A stretch of 61,900 nucleotides of DNA, filler included, from Choristocarpus tenellus KU-1152 (GCA_964200185.2; 10 parts of 10 records of this genome joined end to end with filler, not necessarily neighbours in it); one strand, 5' to 3'; numbered from the whole stretch's first letter, positions 23,513 through 36,599 are shown. Notes: generated by a model from the letters alone, not told the origin. Numbers and translations: made by a program.

Positions 23513-24843
23513 TCAGGACCTCATCCAAACAACCTCTCCGTTTTCTTCTTTGTACTTGTAGTGTGCTGTGAGCTTCTTCCTAAGCTCATCAAATCCCATC
23601 TCCCTCTCCACATTCTCTTCAGATCTCCCTCCCTCCTGGTCCCTTGGCATGCCCATCCACTTGAAATTGGTGTAAGGATCACTGTAGAAGGCATCATGCA
23701 GACCAGCATCCCCTGTCCAGTCAGTGTTGCCCTCTAACTCTCTAAGGCCATCATATGAATGAAGCATATTTTGCAATATGCAACAAGTGAAAAATGTGTT
23801 ACCTATCTTCTTCCTGTGCGAATATAGCAGTGCAGCATGAGGATTCTGAAGCGACCCTCGACTCTGCCAAAAAGGCACTTGACATCCTTGCATACAATCT
23901 CCACTCGTTCGCTCCACCTTGCCTGAGCTTGTGTAACAGATGCCTTGAAGGGGCATATTGTGCACCTCCACTGCAAATGCAAATATCGGGTTGGGCAAAG
24001 GACTGTTGACTTGCTGGTTTCATGAGCACTCACTATTACAGGAGCAATAAATAACATAGGCCTGGCCCTACAGTCACGTATTTCCCGTCGCCTTGTGGTA
24101 GCCCCCATTAACAAGGACATAGGCTCCTTTCTCGGTGTAATAGTTCCCGTGGGAGTCCTTAAGGTTGTACTCCAGCTGTATGTAGGTGGGGCTAACCCTA
24201 AGTTTCTGGATAGCACCATCATATCCAATGAATATCTCGTCCTTTTTGGCTCCAGGAAATCCAGCAGTCACGCCCCGTGCAAAACCAGCATGGTCAACAG
24301 TCACTTCATATGCGACCATCGCATTACTATCGATGTAGACCTTTCACACGCAAACTCTACTGGCGGGTATGCTTACCTTCAGCTTCACAGGTATGGCAGG
24401 GCGTCCTGTGGCATCTGCGGTTCGACAGCCAAGCCACCCCTGCCTTTACACCTCCTTCACTAAATCTTCAAAGAAAGCAAATGGGACTCGGAACCGCCTC
24501 CAGAACTTCAGCGCCTCCTGCGAAGTGACGTCTCTCAGAGCTACCTCTCTCCCAGCAACCCCCCCCACGAGTTCGCCATGTAAACGGCCCGATTGTTAGG
24601 GATATGAAACCTGCGAAATAATGGATGTTCTTCCTCCTCATCCTATCTATCTATGAAAGCGTAGATCAGCAATATCACACTTGCGTTTATCTTCTGCCTA
24701 GATCTCGCCTGCAACCTAAAGGTAGATTCATCGAAAGACGATGAACTAGAAGACAACGAACTAGAAGACGATGAACTTGAGGATGATGAAGCTGAGGACG
24801 ATGGCATTCGGTCTCTCTCATTCTCTTCATCCATTTTGTCCAT
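23513..24843 (-). pseudogene. PIF/Harbinger DDE transposase (DDE_Tnp_4/Plant_tran type), frameshifted
   Basis: VAYEVTVDHAGFARGVTAGFPGAKKD, GAYVLVNGGYHK, WSERVEIVCKDVKCLFGRVEGRFRIL, NTFFTCCILQNMLHSYDG. Ser-rich N-terminus starts at 24843. Confidence 0.88.
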
Positions 24844-25139
24844 CTTGAACTAGATGTGTTACACGAAATAACTCTGTAGCCCCAAGTACATTGCGACAAA
24901 CAAGAACAAAGACCAAATCGAAACACCAAGAATTCCGTTCAGATTTGCCTTGAAATTTGGTCACGAATCCTCTGATCCACCCTCCCGTCAGATTTGCCTC
25001 TTTCAGAAATGCCTAATATTTTCTGTAGAAATTCCCACTCGTCACGATTTTCTGTTTGGAAATGCCCAAGAATGTCAAAAAGCAAAACCAAATGGGTTTG
25101 AAAACGTGCTTATAGGAGATGACCTAAGAAAAATTATCC

Positions 25140-25253
25140 TTAACCGACACATATATATATCCTATTTTTATTATTATGTATGCCCTCTGACATTTTGCAG
25201 ATGTGTCAGGGGGGAAACCAATGAAAACTATATATATAAATGTCGTTATTAGC
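25140..25253 (+). repeat. Hairpin + (TA)n dispersed element; copy 2
   Basis: TGCCCTCTGACATTTTGCAGATGTGTCAGGGGGGAAACCAATGAAAACTATATA matches copy 1 except for one extra G. Confidence 0.8.
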
Positions 25254-25405
25254 NNNNNNNNNNNNNNNNNNNNNNNNNNNNNNNNNNNNNNNNNNNNTTA
25301 ATTAATTAANNNNNNNNNNNNNNNNNNNNNNNNNNNNNNNNNNNNNNNNNNNNCGATGCGCTGCCCCCCCCCATAAACCCATTTTCATCTTCGTCACCCG
25401 AGCTT

Positions 25406-26900
25406 TCATTGTCTGGCTGGTACAAGGATTAGCGGCTGGTCTTTCATGTCCTGTAGTATCGCATTGGCCACTTCACTGTTGTCTTCCACACCGATCCACG
25501 CTCTTGCTGTGTCAATGGAAGCCTGAGACGGTTTTCCGCCTAGTTTGAGGTGTAGAGTGTCAACAGCATCAGAGAGATCCTTATCAACATGACTGCTCCT
25601 CGTGCCGACACTCAAGCGCTGCATGATGTGCATCAGCTCCTCGGTGTCCTTAACAGAGTTGTCAGTGGTGGAGGTGAAGTTATTCTTGGACGGGTGCAGG
25701 GAGGATATTGGCCTTAATCCAGCACCTGCCGTGGAATAAAATGCACATACAAAGATTGCCAGTAGGGAGGGGAGCAGATTACAAGTGAATGGAACCAATC
25801 TAGAATATATGAAAGGGGCAGTCATAGGGTAAAGGTGTCTTCCAATAATTGAAAATATGCCAGGGGAAAAGAAAACATGTGCTTAGGCAGGGCACAATAG
25901 GACTTGTATGTCACGAGCAGGGGATCAATACTGTATGCTGCCTCTAGATGACGTGGCAAAAGACCTCGCAATGGTTTGCTCAGAGATTGCCTCCCATTCT
26001 CCATGGGCGATTTCCACTCCATCTAAGATGTGTGGGTGACACCGCCAGCCCCATCATACCCAATACCATGTTCCGTTTCTTCGCCTGCTCACGGAGTTGT
26101 GCAAACGATGACATCATGTCCACCCGGGTCGACAGTGACTTTGTTCTGTAAATAGCCTTCCATGCCGCGATAGTGCTTTGGTCCACCTTCTGGTGTTCGC
26201 TACTGCAGTTGGGTGGTAGCTCCAGCAAGGCCACCTACCCTCTTGGATCTTTGACCCCCTCATGGCTGCTGTGATTGTCCATGAGGATGAGGACATCTTT
26301 GCTCATAAATTTCCACGCATAAGGAAAAAACAGCTTTGTCCACCACACCTTGAACACACATGCAATGGGCCAGACATTGGTCTGAGAGAAGTAGGTGATA
26401 GGAGGTTTGTGGAGCTGGAAGCACCTCGGATTCTTGGAGTTGCCCATGAACAATAACGGACCTTCTGAGATCTAGAAGCGTTGGTTGCGATATAGGCTGT
26501 CACCCGATCCTTCGCATACATCGCCTTTACTCCCCTGCACGGTCTTCCTGTCCTTTCCAGGCGCGAGAAAGGATCACTTCAGTAGGAGGCGGTAAACACA
26601 ACCCAGTTTCATCCACGTTGAAGAGACATTCTGGGTCGTACTTGGCACACACTTTGCGAAATTTTTGGGGGCCGTCGGCAATGGCTGCATCGTTAACACT
26701 GCCTGCCTCTCCGTGAAGAACCTTGCTCACTAGCTTGTTGCGGGGGAGAAAATTCCTCAACCAACCATCCGACGCGACAAAGTCTCTGTACGTATCTCAC
26801 TCCTCACCTGTTCAATGCTCCACTCACGAAAACGGAGCAAGCCTTCTGCCCGAATGTCTGAAGGATACCTCAAGAAACAGGTAACTTTGCGGCTCTTGCC
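25406..26900 (-). mobile_element. Decayed pogo/Tigger (Tc5, CENP-B-like DDE_1) transposase
   Basis: VLHGEAGSVN..YDPECLFNVDETGL, AKDRVTAYIATNA, MGNSKNPRCF, VLILMDNHSSH, LELPPNCSSEHQKVDQSTIAAWKAIYR across frameshifts and stops. Confidence 0.9.
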
Positions 26901-27346
26901 CCTTGAAATAGTTCCAAGACCCTGTTGTCCACCTATGGGACAACAGGTGGGCAGGACATTGGCGGGAGGATGGCCGATACAAAATTGCTTAATGTCTTGG
27001 CAGGATACACTTGCAGATAAAGTGCCGCAAAAAATCAAAATCGTACAGGTGTTCCACCTTTCATATCTGATTATGGCACGAATCAAAGACGTACAATATT
27101 TGCCAGAGGGACCCAAATAAAAAATTGCTGATGTGTGTGTGTGTGTCACGCTGTCGGCCACTGTTTCGAACATTTCTTGCACTACACTGCACGGAACGCC
27201 CTCCATCCACTTGGAATATTTGCTTAACATCAGCAGTTCATGAGCGCATTCTTTGGTATGTTCATGAGTGGTTGGCATGCGGAGGTAGCTATATATTTTG
27301 TCCAGAACAGCTGACACTACGAGTCTAGGTACGAGTCGTGTAGATT

Positions 27347-27615
27347 GAAAGTATCTTAGAGGGTACGAGTTTTTCCCCGCTTGTCCATTTGGGGCTTGAC
27401 TTCCCACGGGTTTTTAATGGCATTTTACCTATTCCAAAACTGTTTTGGAGTAGGTAAAATGTGTAAGTTATGAAAAGGAGCGTCCGAAACAAGGATATCA
27501 ACATCTCCAAATAAACACGATAGCCAATAATACATCAAAATTGCAACATTGGATTTTGACCTCCAAATGGACGCGACTCTGAACCAAAGTATCTGGGGGG
27601 GGGGGGGGGGGGGGA
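27347..27615. mobile_element. MITE of about 240 bp (homolog of 56630-56874) with an internal 41-bp palindrome; right end replaced by another CAAAGTATCT-G(n) terminus
   Basis: Starts GAAAGTATCTTAGAGGG. TTGACTTCCCAC.GGTTTTTAATG.CATTTTACCTA..TAGGTAAAAT is shared with 56630-56874. Confidence 0.75.
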
Positions 27616-28523
27616 AGCACTGTAGGAAAAATAATAGTAATTTGTGTTGTGGGTTGGATGGATTGTGCCTTGGTTGTGATTGGTTGTCTGTAGTAAGGTA
27701 TGTTGGTGGTGAAAGAACTGCGGGGTAGGGCTAGAGTAACATTTGGCCATTTCTAAAGCATCTAAGGGAGGATGCAGTGCTGAGCTTGAAGAAAAGACAG
27801 GTTGGCTGATCAGTGTAGTTGGTGTGGCAGGGGGCAGTCCTCCTGCGTAGCAGATCGTTTTTGGAGGAAGTGGGGGGTAAACATGTGGTGTTCTGTTGTC
27901 GTGTAAGATATACTACACAAGTAGATCCCTATGTAAATGCACATAGGCACACATTTTATAGGCGAGAAATTGATTACATTTATGTTTTTTTTTTACAGGA
28001 AATCTGACTTTTTGTTACTTTGTTACTTTGGTTTGAAAAGTTGGTAGGGAGGACGAGTGGGTTGAAAGGTGCGGAATTTGTGCGTGAGAGGTGTGGACAT
28101 CTTTTGTGGAAAATTTTGTTCTTGGATTAGAACAGTGTTTAAAATTGAATTTAAAATTGAAGCGCTTAGACCGGTAGGCTGCCGACAGGTACAGAAATTC
28201 TCCGTTTACTGCCAACTTGGAAGTTGTCAGTCAGCGAAGTGGTATGATGCCATACATTTTGCCCCTGAGTGGTACAAGTAATTCTGCATATACCACCACC
28301 AATATATATTTTTCTCTTAGTCAAACCGCAACACAACACTGACTAGACTGGTACCCTATTTATAATGCTGGATCGGTACGTGCTTGCAGAGAAATGAGTA
28401 AAATGTCGGTGAGAAATGTAACCTGTCAATGAGATACACTTGTGTTAGGGAATGAGATAGATCCCTCACCCCATTATATCTCATTTTTTTTAAAAATTTG
28501 ATTAATCTTGACATCCCGTACCG

Positions 28524-28554
<31 letters not shown>

Positions 28555-28589
28555 ACCCCCCTTTTCTCCTCTTTTTTCTCTTTTTTTTT

Positions 28590-28623
<34 letters not shown>

Positions 28624-28893
28624 NNNNNNNNNNNNNNNNNNNNNNNNNNNNNNNNNNNNNNNNNNNNTTAATTAATTAANNNNNNNNNNNNNNNNNNNNN
28701 NNNNNNNNNNNNNNNNNNNNNNNGGAAAGAGTTGAGATGAAAACAAATATTTAATTCACACAAATCAAGACACTCCATGGTTCTTCTGTGCCTCAGCTCA
28801 GGTTTTTACTACGGAAAAAAAAAAATCTTGCATCTGCAACAACACTCTTTTGTGAGCTGCCGCATTTGCACGTCCCCAACTTTTCATCAATAC

Positions 28894-31384
28894 CTTGTCG
28901 ACATGAGTCTTAACGTGGGTAACTGCCTCCCCCCACCACTTGAGCACATGCCTGGCACCCACAGGAGCCTGCTCCGCCTTGTGCTTGTCCTTGGTGTCTG
29001 CCAGACCAGCATCATCTGCCTGTGTATGCCCAGTGCACAGAAGTCATATTCATGAAAAAGTCGATACAGGATGAACTGATGGACGGAGAGGCACAGTGTA
29101 AGGACTGAACTCTAATACTACCAAATGCCTTAACACAATACTCAACCAATCCCCAACAACAAACTTGCTTTTACTTTACTTAATTAAGCCCCGTGCCCCT
29201 CCCCCCTGCCAAAAAAAATACTACCATCAGCACAAAACAGATACAAACAATGCCCCTTCTCACACACGAATTCCATGTGCATCAAGTTCCTCTCCTCCTC
29301 CCCCAACACCTTTACCTCATAGTCCCAAAGCCATTTTCTATTTGAGAGGGCTAATTTTGCTGAGAGCATGTGTGGCCCAGAGGAGCTTCACAGCGAGCTT
29401 TCAGGCTACAGGTCCAGTTTCTACTGGATATATTGTAGTGCAGTTTTTCATTACACAGGTTCACTCCTGAACCTCAATTGATTCAGATAGCCAGAGACTT
29501 TGGACACTCGAGGGCACACACATACACACATAGATACATAGATACATACATATATACATATATACATAGATACATACATATATACATATGTATATACATA
29601 CACACATACACACATACATACATACATACGTACATATATATATACATACACACATACATACATACATATATATATACATACACACATACATACATATATA
29701 TACATACACACATACATACATACATATATACATACATATATACATACCAACAGAATTGCCTCTCCATTCACGGGCAAAGCCCCAGTCCCAGGCATCAGGT
29801 TTCAATGCTCAAAAAAGGTACATGCAAGAGGTACAATCTAGGACATTGATTTTTGGTGAAAACAAAAAAAATATGAAACTTCTTTTTTTTGTACTTCCTC
29901 AATCACAACCAAAGTGTTCAAATTCCAGCCTCTAAAACAAAACAGATGGATGTAAAAGAAATGGAGTCTATACCACCAAATACAAGACATACAACAGGAC
30001 ATGCTACCGGAAAGCTTTTTCCTTCCACTTTCAAATATAACTCGAGGGGGGAAGTTGAACAGGGTTTTCAATTAAATCACCAGATACGAAACTTGACTCC
30101 ATAATTGTAGATGCAGTTATTGTACATTCTTAAAGTCCGGAGGCGCACCGATCTCTTCCTTTTTGGATAGGCTACAAAGCACACCCAGTGTACCCAAGCA
30201 AAAAGTAGGTCTTACATGGGCCGAAGGAGTTAATTGAAGGTAGTGAACCAAAATTCTCTAGACAAGAGCAGGAGCAGAAAGAAAAGCCATGAAAAAAAAA
30301 AAAAAACGTGATACAAAAACTTTTTATCTACCTGTGATAGAACTCTCATTACCAAAATACACTGATAGTATCACAAGGCCAAAAAGCACTGCTGCACCTG
30401 GAGGAAAGTCTTGAAGTACTGAGAGCTCGAAAGCTCATCATGCCCCGCAACCCTATTGAGGAACTTCTCCAGTTCCTTACGGCGCTTCTACTCCATGTAT
30501 TATGATCCAGATACCCAAAACAATAGGGGGAGGGGGTGGAGGCGAAGATATATAAGGGAGAGGCAGGGGAAAAAATGTGGAGACACAAGATGGGATGACT
30601 AATGTAGGAGAGATAGGGCTAACATTAACACTACATAATAGTTTTGCACTTATCCCCTGGCAGGAAATACACATAAAATGTGTATCATCAGTGATACTGT
30701 TTATGTGAAAACAACATGTTAAGAGATTGGGCAAGGGATGGACGAGAGCATCTAAGTAAATTTGGAGAGGTAGGAACACTGGATGAAGAGGGTGGTAGAA
30801 AAGCAGGAAATGTTTAGACTATTTGGCACTGACCTCAATGAAGACTTGGTCGAACTTTCCTAGGTTCATTTTTACAGGGAGAGCAGGCATGACTATTCCT
30901 GGGAACTCCTCCTCGAGTCTTTGGGTCAGCCACACAAAGTCCTTAAAGCGGCGAATCACTGAGAACTGACCGTACTGGAAGTCAGCCCTATCTGTACTTG
31001 TGTTTACCTGCAGGATTTTAGAGAGACGAGTATAACAAAAATATTTCATGAGGGGGGAGGAGCTACTTACGGTTTTGAGAGGGCAAATGAACGCTGGGAG
31101 CAGCAAGGATACATACAGCACGATCCTCACCGATAACTTATAGGAAAGCAACAGAGCAGAGTACGCAGGTAGGTGAACTAGCAGATCAAGGAGAAACTGG
31201 CTCCATTGAAAAGTGATCCTGAAAAACCCACCTTGTAGGTAATGTAAGCATTCATGCCCTGATCCTGCTTCACGGGGTCGCAAACGGTAATGTTGAGCCT
31301 GTACCCCGACGCTACTGCAGGATTGCCGCTATTAGGCATGTCAATGTTGGACAGCGCATCTGCGGGGAAAACGCCGTTCGACAT
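28894..31384 (-). CDS. PX-domain sorting nexin (SNX1/2-Vps5-like), 5' four exons: 31384-31232, 31007-30834, 30487-30398, 29019-28894; continues past the contig end
   Basis: Spliced: MSNG..LNITVCDPVKQDQGMNAYITYK|VNTSTDRADFQYGQFSVIRRFKDFVWLTQRLEEEFPGIVMPALPVK..FIE|KRRKELEKFLNRVAGHDELSSSQYFKTFLQ|ADDAGL.. This is a canonical PX domain. All introns are GT-AG and phase 0. Confidence 0.93.
29515..29746. repeat. Compound (TACA/TA/CA)n microsatellite in an intron of the sorting nexin
   Basis: Directly visible. Confidence 0.95.
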
Positions 31385-34300
31385 GGTATACTGCCTCACA
31401 CGGACGGAAGTTTCGGCAAAGTGGGAGGATGCGGTGAATGCGACGTAGATATATGGTCCTACTCTTTTTCTTGTCATTCGTTTGTTCGTTCGTTTGGTAT
31501 GTTGGTCCGAAAGGAGATAAGAAGGGGGTGGGTATATACAGCAAGGTGATGATTACCACAACAGGATCCAGTAGGTCAGCCGAGTCCGAATACCGACTAT
31601 CTCGGGGATAGCTTAACAGTAACCACGAATTCTTGAGTCCGCTGAATGTAATAGATGTCCCAAGCCCTTTATGTCATAAGGTTTACGTCCATCAACACGG
31701 CTTCTAAGTGAGACGTGAAGTCATGTCACCCATCATTCCTCCACGCCCGCCCAGATAAATACTCGACGCCAGGAGGTAATTACCACCATTTTCAACTGCA
31801 CAACCTTATCCCTTTCCATATAGTTCAATCTGGCGCACCATCCCCATTCCATGTCGAAATGTAGCCTGTGTGGTGGTAAACTAATGGATAGACAACGAAA
31901 GTACTATTTCATTCAGCACGTGGAGACTTCCCGAAAGGTCGTGCTTGCGGCGAGAGTCCAGCAGCGATGTGCAAGAGCACATCGAGCAATGTAAATGCAA
32001 AATGCAATTTAGCACTCTCCACAAGCAATCTCCCACTTAAGCCCCGTTGATATTCCACCTGTTCTCAGCTTCCAGAAGAGAACATCTCTCTTTAAATCAC
32101 ATCTCACCAGAAAAAAAAAACGAACGTGCCCTCGACAACAGAGTGACCTTCAGTCAATCTCCGTGTTGGTCGATTTACAGGAACGCACAAGAGGAAGGGG
32201 CAAAGTGTGAGGGAGTACCTCAAAAATCTGTCCTGTCCTCCTCTCTCACTTTTAATCTTTTAGATCACTGTTGTGGTGTTTCCATTCGAAGTTTGGTTGT
32301 GAATAATCGATTTCCACAATTCAATAATATTTGTGTTTCTATATACGAATAGTCGTATTTTCGAAGTATTTTTTTGAATGCCTGGGTGACTAACTATCCA
32401 CATAGATCACGTGGTAGAACTCTTCGTCCCGAAAGGGTTCAAACCCTACCAAGGTTGGATTTCTTAACCAGGAAAACTTGGATTGGTGGACACCACGTGA
32501 TAAGAATACCAACGGAATCAACCACACAACACCTGCTTTCCTGTACCTTCCTGTTCAGCGTATTGCTTTATATGTAAAAAAAAAGAGTTGTAAAGCACTT
32601 CAATATGTAGGGATATGTTAGTACTGAAAACTGTATGTACAAGTGACGAGTGATGGGATGGGTAAATACAAAACATCTCCTTGAGAAAAAATCAAGCCAT
32701 GCACAAGGGTAGTCCAATTGGTTGTATTATAATAATAGTGCAACATTTTGAACTCCTTGTTGTTAATGAGAACAAGTTTAAGAACCCTGTTGAGGACTCA
32801 GTAGGTGGTTGCTAACTTAGGTCCAAACTATAGGAGAAAAAGAAACGCATAGCTAACACTAGCTGCAAAGCGGTGGATATTTGAAACTATCATCTAGAAC
32901 CCCTTTCTTCGCGTGTGTGAGAAAAAAACACTTATTGAGGGGATGTGATTGGCCCAGAATGTGAGGTTTGCTCTTAAGCTGTTTGACAGGGCCTTGGCCT
33001 GTGATGCCTTCGTTAGTTAATGACTTATACTGTGAATCAGAGTTACGCACAGGCTCACAACATTACATGTATTGGATGTCCATTCGGGGCTTGATGAGGT
33101 GTAACAAGATACCTCAGTTTGATACCCGTTTTGGGGGGGATTTTCCTTCGGATTTAGTTCTGGCAGGGGGAATGGAAAGGTAGGTGCGTTCAGATGAAGG
33201 AAATTACCGTTGCATCTGACACCTTACTCAGGTGACATGAAAATCATTACAGATTCACACTGACCCCAAATGGACGCCTGACCCCCCCTCTAGTATACTA
33301 TAGGCCCCATACTCACATAGATCCTGAACGATATTCTAATACTGTCCATTTCGAATGGCAGGAAGTTGGTTGCGGTAGTAGGTTTTGTTGGGATTGTGTA
33401 TAAATTCCACTTTGTGCCACCTCGAGAGGGACCTCACTGTACTGGGACCGATGAGTGAAAACAGGGGGACAATCAGTGCCAGACTGTTTATATTGAAATA
33501 ATGGACATTGGTTGAAGAGGGTACTGAATGCCTGCCCAGTGTGTGACAGGGGTGGAAGTCAAGAGAAGAATCCCTGAAGTATGTATAGAGGTACCATGGG
33601 ATTCTTTTTGAAGACTCCTTGTCGACAATCTGCACAATGTAGACCTTTTGCAAAGTTCGTCTCCACCTGGATATGGCAGTTTTTCACTCCAGCAACAATT
33701 GTGACCTAGCTTTTGTTTGTCTCTGGAATGCCTTGGACAACTCACCTCTCACACAGTTGTGCCTCAGTTCACAACTCAGAGCATTTTGTACATAGATAAT
33801 TTCATTCTTTGGGCATTTGCCTCCATCACATGAAGGCCATACACCAAAGTGTTGGGTATTAAAGCAATATCTCAAGTCCACTGGTCCTTTCTGCTGCCCA
33901 ATCTTTGCATCCGTAAATAGTACAAACCCTGAAGAATCGAGGTCCCACTGGGAATGAGACTTTTACTCAGAACTACAGCCAAATGGGACCTCAAATAGTA
34001 AGATTCTCACCATGGATATGACCAAGGATTGGGAAGTAGGAACAGACTTATGGGCCTAAATATTTTCACCAATACGTTAAGAGCGAAAGTATTAAAGTCC
34101 ACAGTTCACCTTTCAACTGAGGCACAATCATCCTCAAGTGTGTCCCATTTTAGGCATGGCAAACATCACCAACAGATAGAAGGCCCCCATATTCTCATAG
34201 TAGAAAATCAATTCCATGAGAAGGCAGCAAGTACCTCACAACATGGTACCAATACTTGTGTGAAAGCTGTATGTTTAGGGTCAAAGTATCTGGGGGGGGG

Positions 34301-34847
34301 AATGTCGGCGTCCGTTTTTCACCCTTTTTTCTANNNNNNNNNNNNNNNNNNNNNNNNNNNNNNNNNNNNNNNNNNNNTTAATTAATTAANNNNNNNNNNN
34401 NNNNNNNNNNNNNNNNNNNNNNNNNNNNNNNNNGGATGGGATGAGGTGTGGGCTAGACACGCTCAATGTGTGGAACGAATATGTATCTCTTGACGCATCT
34501 GAATGGGGTGTGTGTTTTGGGGGCTGGCTGCAGCACAACATTATCACTGTGACTCGGGACCTGTGTTTTTTTTTTTTTTTCAACTTGTCCGTGGTGCATG
34601 TGCTATGCAGCTCTCTGGCAAAGGTCGTGCCTGTGAACGATTTCCTGATAACCCTTTTGATGATGATAAGGCAGTCATCGGAGACCAGTTGAACTAGATT
34701 ACAAAACACTCTACTCTTTTTCTTTTTCTTTTTCCCGTTCCCACTTGTTCCAATTGGCATAACACCCCTACAACAACAAGTACAACCCCCTCCGCGGTCA
34801 CGAACGCCTTCCATCAATTACTCTTTGGCCGTCCTGCCTCCCCTCAG

Positions 34848-34976
34848 CTACATCACGCTGGAGAGCGCAGAGGATGCTGATGGGAAGAGTGTGGTGAGGG
34901 TGGTGTTGAATGGGGATGAAGTGATGCTGCCCGGTGCAAGTGGAGTATGGATACCAGCCTCGGAGCTCAGAGAGAG
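34848..34976 (+). CDS. Exon of a probable histidine acid phosphatase (clade 2), C-terminal region
   Basis: Pyrimidine tract + CAG acceptor and GTGACT donor. Reads YITLESAEDADGKSVVRVVLNGDEVMLPGASGVWIPASELRE, resembling the 'ixxEL...VRvxYNG...lpGC' block. Confidence 0.5.
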
Positions 34977-35009
34977 GTGACTGCAGTAAAAATCTTGCGA
35001 GCGATGAGA

Positions 35010-35145
35010 GGGTTAGGTTTGGGGTTAGGGATAGGGTTTAGATGGGAATTCTCAAAAAGAGGTTTTTGTTGAGGTTAGGGTTAGGGTTACGGTTTTAGAT
35101 GGGAATTCTCGAAAAGAGGTTTTTTGTTGAGGTTAGGGTTATAGG
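35010..35145. repeat. Interstitial TTAGGG-like motifs within a duplicated unit of about 57 bp (GATGGGAATTCTC.AAAAGAGGTTTTTGTTGAGGTTAGGGTT)
   Basis: Directly visible duplication and telomeric hexamers. Confidence 0.75.
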
Positions 35146-36599
35146 GTAGAGATGTGTTTGTTTTGGAGTGATCGCCCCTGTGGACTGGGATATCAGGATG
35201 ACTGCCAAAGTAATTTGTTTCCGGAGGAAGAAGACTTAACTTGGACTTGACTTGTGATGGGGGGACTGGAAACAAAAGGGTGTGGGTGGAGGGAGGTCAG
35301 GGTTTTCAGTGTGCATTCGCCGCCAGTCTCGGGATGTGCGTTGACTGGATTCTCCCTAACCCTAACCCCCTCGACGAGGTTGGTGGTTTGCAGGGATCAT
35401 GTTCAGTTGATTGATCAGAAATGAGTTTTAAGGGGGTAATTGACGGTCTGAGGGTTGACTTGTGTGTTTTTTGTTGTGAACTCTGGTGGAAACCGATAAT
35501 GGAAGAGGAGGTTTTTCGTCTTTTCCACAAGGAGCACAGTAGTGGACAAGGTTGTGCACAACTTAGAGGTATAAATCTGGTGCTTGTATGTACATAGAGG
35601 TAGACTTATACTCAGAGGGACATTTTTTGTCAGTCAAGTTCACAACACAGTATTTTAGTGAGTCACTACAAGAAGGAGGTAACCGGAGTTGCGTTTTAAG
35701 GATGCTGGCGAATGTATTCTATTTTTTTCCTTCTTTTTACAAATGTGTGTAGGATACTCTCTGAGCTGTGACAAAAAAGTTTGAAATAAGAGGGAAATAA
35801 ACGCTCTCAAGTCAAACTTAGCACTTCATCAATAAAAATAAAAATATGGGTGAATTACAAGAGATGGGAAAACCAGACTTGAACAGCAAAGCGGTAATAA
35901 ACCGGGTACCTCTTGTTTACTTCAACTCAGTGTCAACAATTTATTTCAAGCGCTTCATCACAGGATGGATACCAATGGTCTATTAAATTTGTCGTGTCTG
36001 ACCCAGCTAGGGCTTTTAACAATGACTCCCTGCACTCTTTCTCAGTGGAGAAATAATCCATTACAGCATCCCTTACTTGCACAGTGCAAAACTTCTCAGA
36101 CCCTTCTTACCTCCCCACCTGACCCTTCTCCACATGACAACCCCCCTGGAGCAGACTGGAGGGAGTCATGCCCACAGCTACCAGTGCAGAATACCAACCA
36201 TCTCAGGAGGTCGAGGGAGGGTCAGCAGCAAGCGAGTTTGCTGCAGCAATCAGCGGTGCAGTTGATTCCTCTGCTGTTCGAAAGACTTGAGGCCAATGGT
36301 AGACCTTAGTCAATGCTGGCAGAAGCTTGAATGGGGATGGGAGCAGGGGATTTTTGGCCTCCATCATTGAGCCTCCTCAGGGACGATGACTCTTACGCTG
36401 AGGGTTGTGATGGCAGGATGGGATTGTGATTGTACTTCTATGAATTTGCTCTTCCTAAGCAAGGTCACTTTTTAGTACCTAACGACTGCAGAGTTTTTTT
36501 ATTGTCTGTGTGATGGGAGTGTAGGAGGGAGTGGGTACTCCCCAGAATCACATTGGTGACCCTCCCTTGTCGTAGTGTTGTATGATAAAGAGATTTTTT

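Larger units (their letters stand above)
22087..25124. mobile_element. PIF/Harbinger DNA transposon (decayed, truncated on the left by the contig end): transposase on minus, convergent partner ORF on plus
   Basis: Transposase motifs (see the 23513-24843 feature) and a convergent second ORF. The right end reads TTA|GGTCATCTCC on minus, resembling a PIF/Tourist TIR (GRGCATCTCC) with a TTA/TAA target at 25125-25127. Confidence 0.8.

Noticed and set aside
545-27400. Fanzor/TnpB cargo next to the DNA transposons
   Set aside because: No RuvC-type DPG/DLG, zinc-finger or RDxNAAxN motifs were found in the ORF track or the frames I read. Very decayed remnants cannot be excluded without HMM searches.
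29451-29935. Tyr/His/Ile-rich ORFs on both strands
   Set aside because: Translation of an intronic TACA/TA microsatellite.
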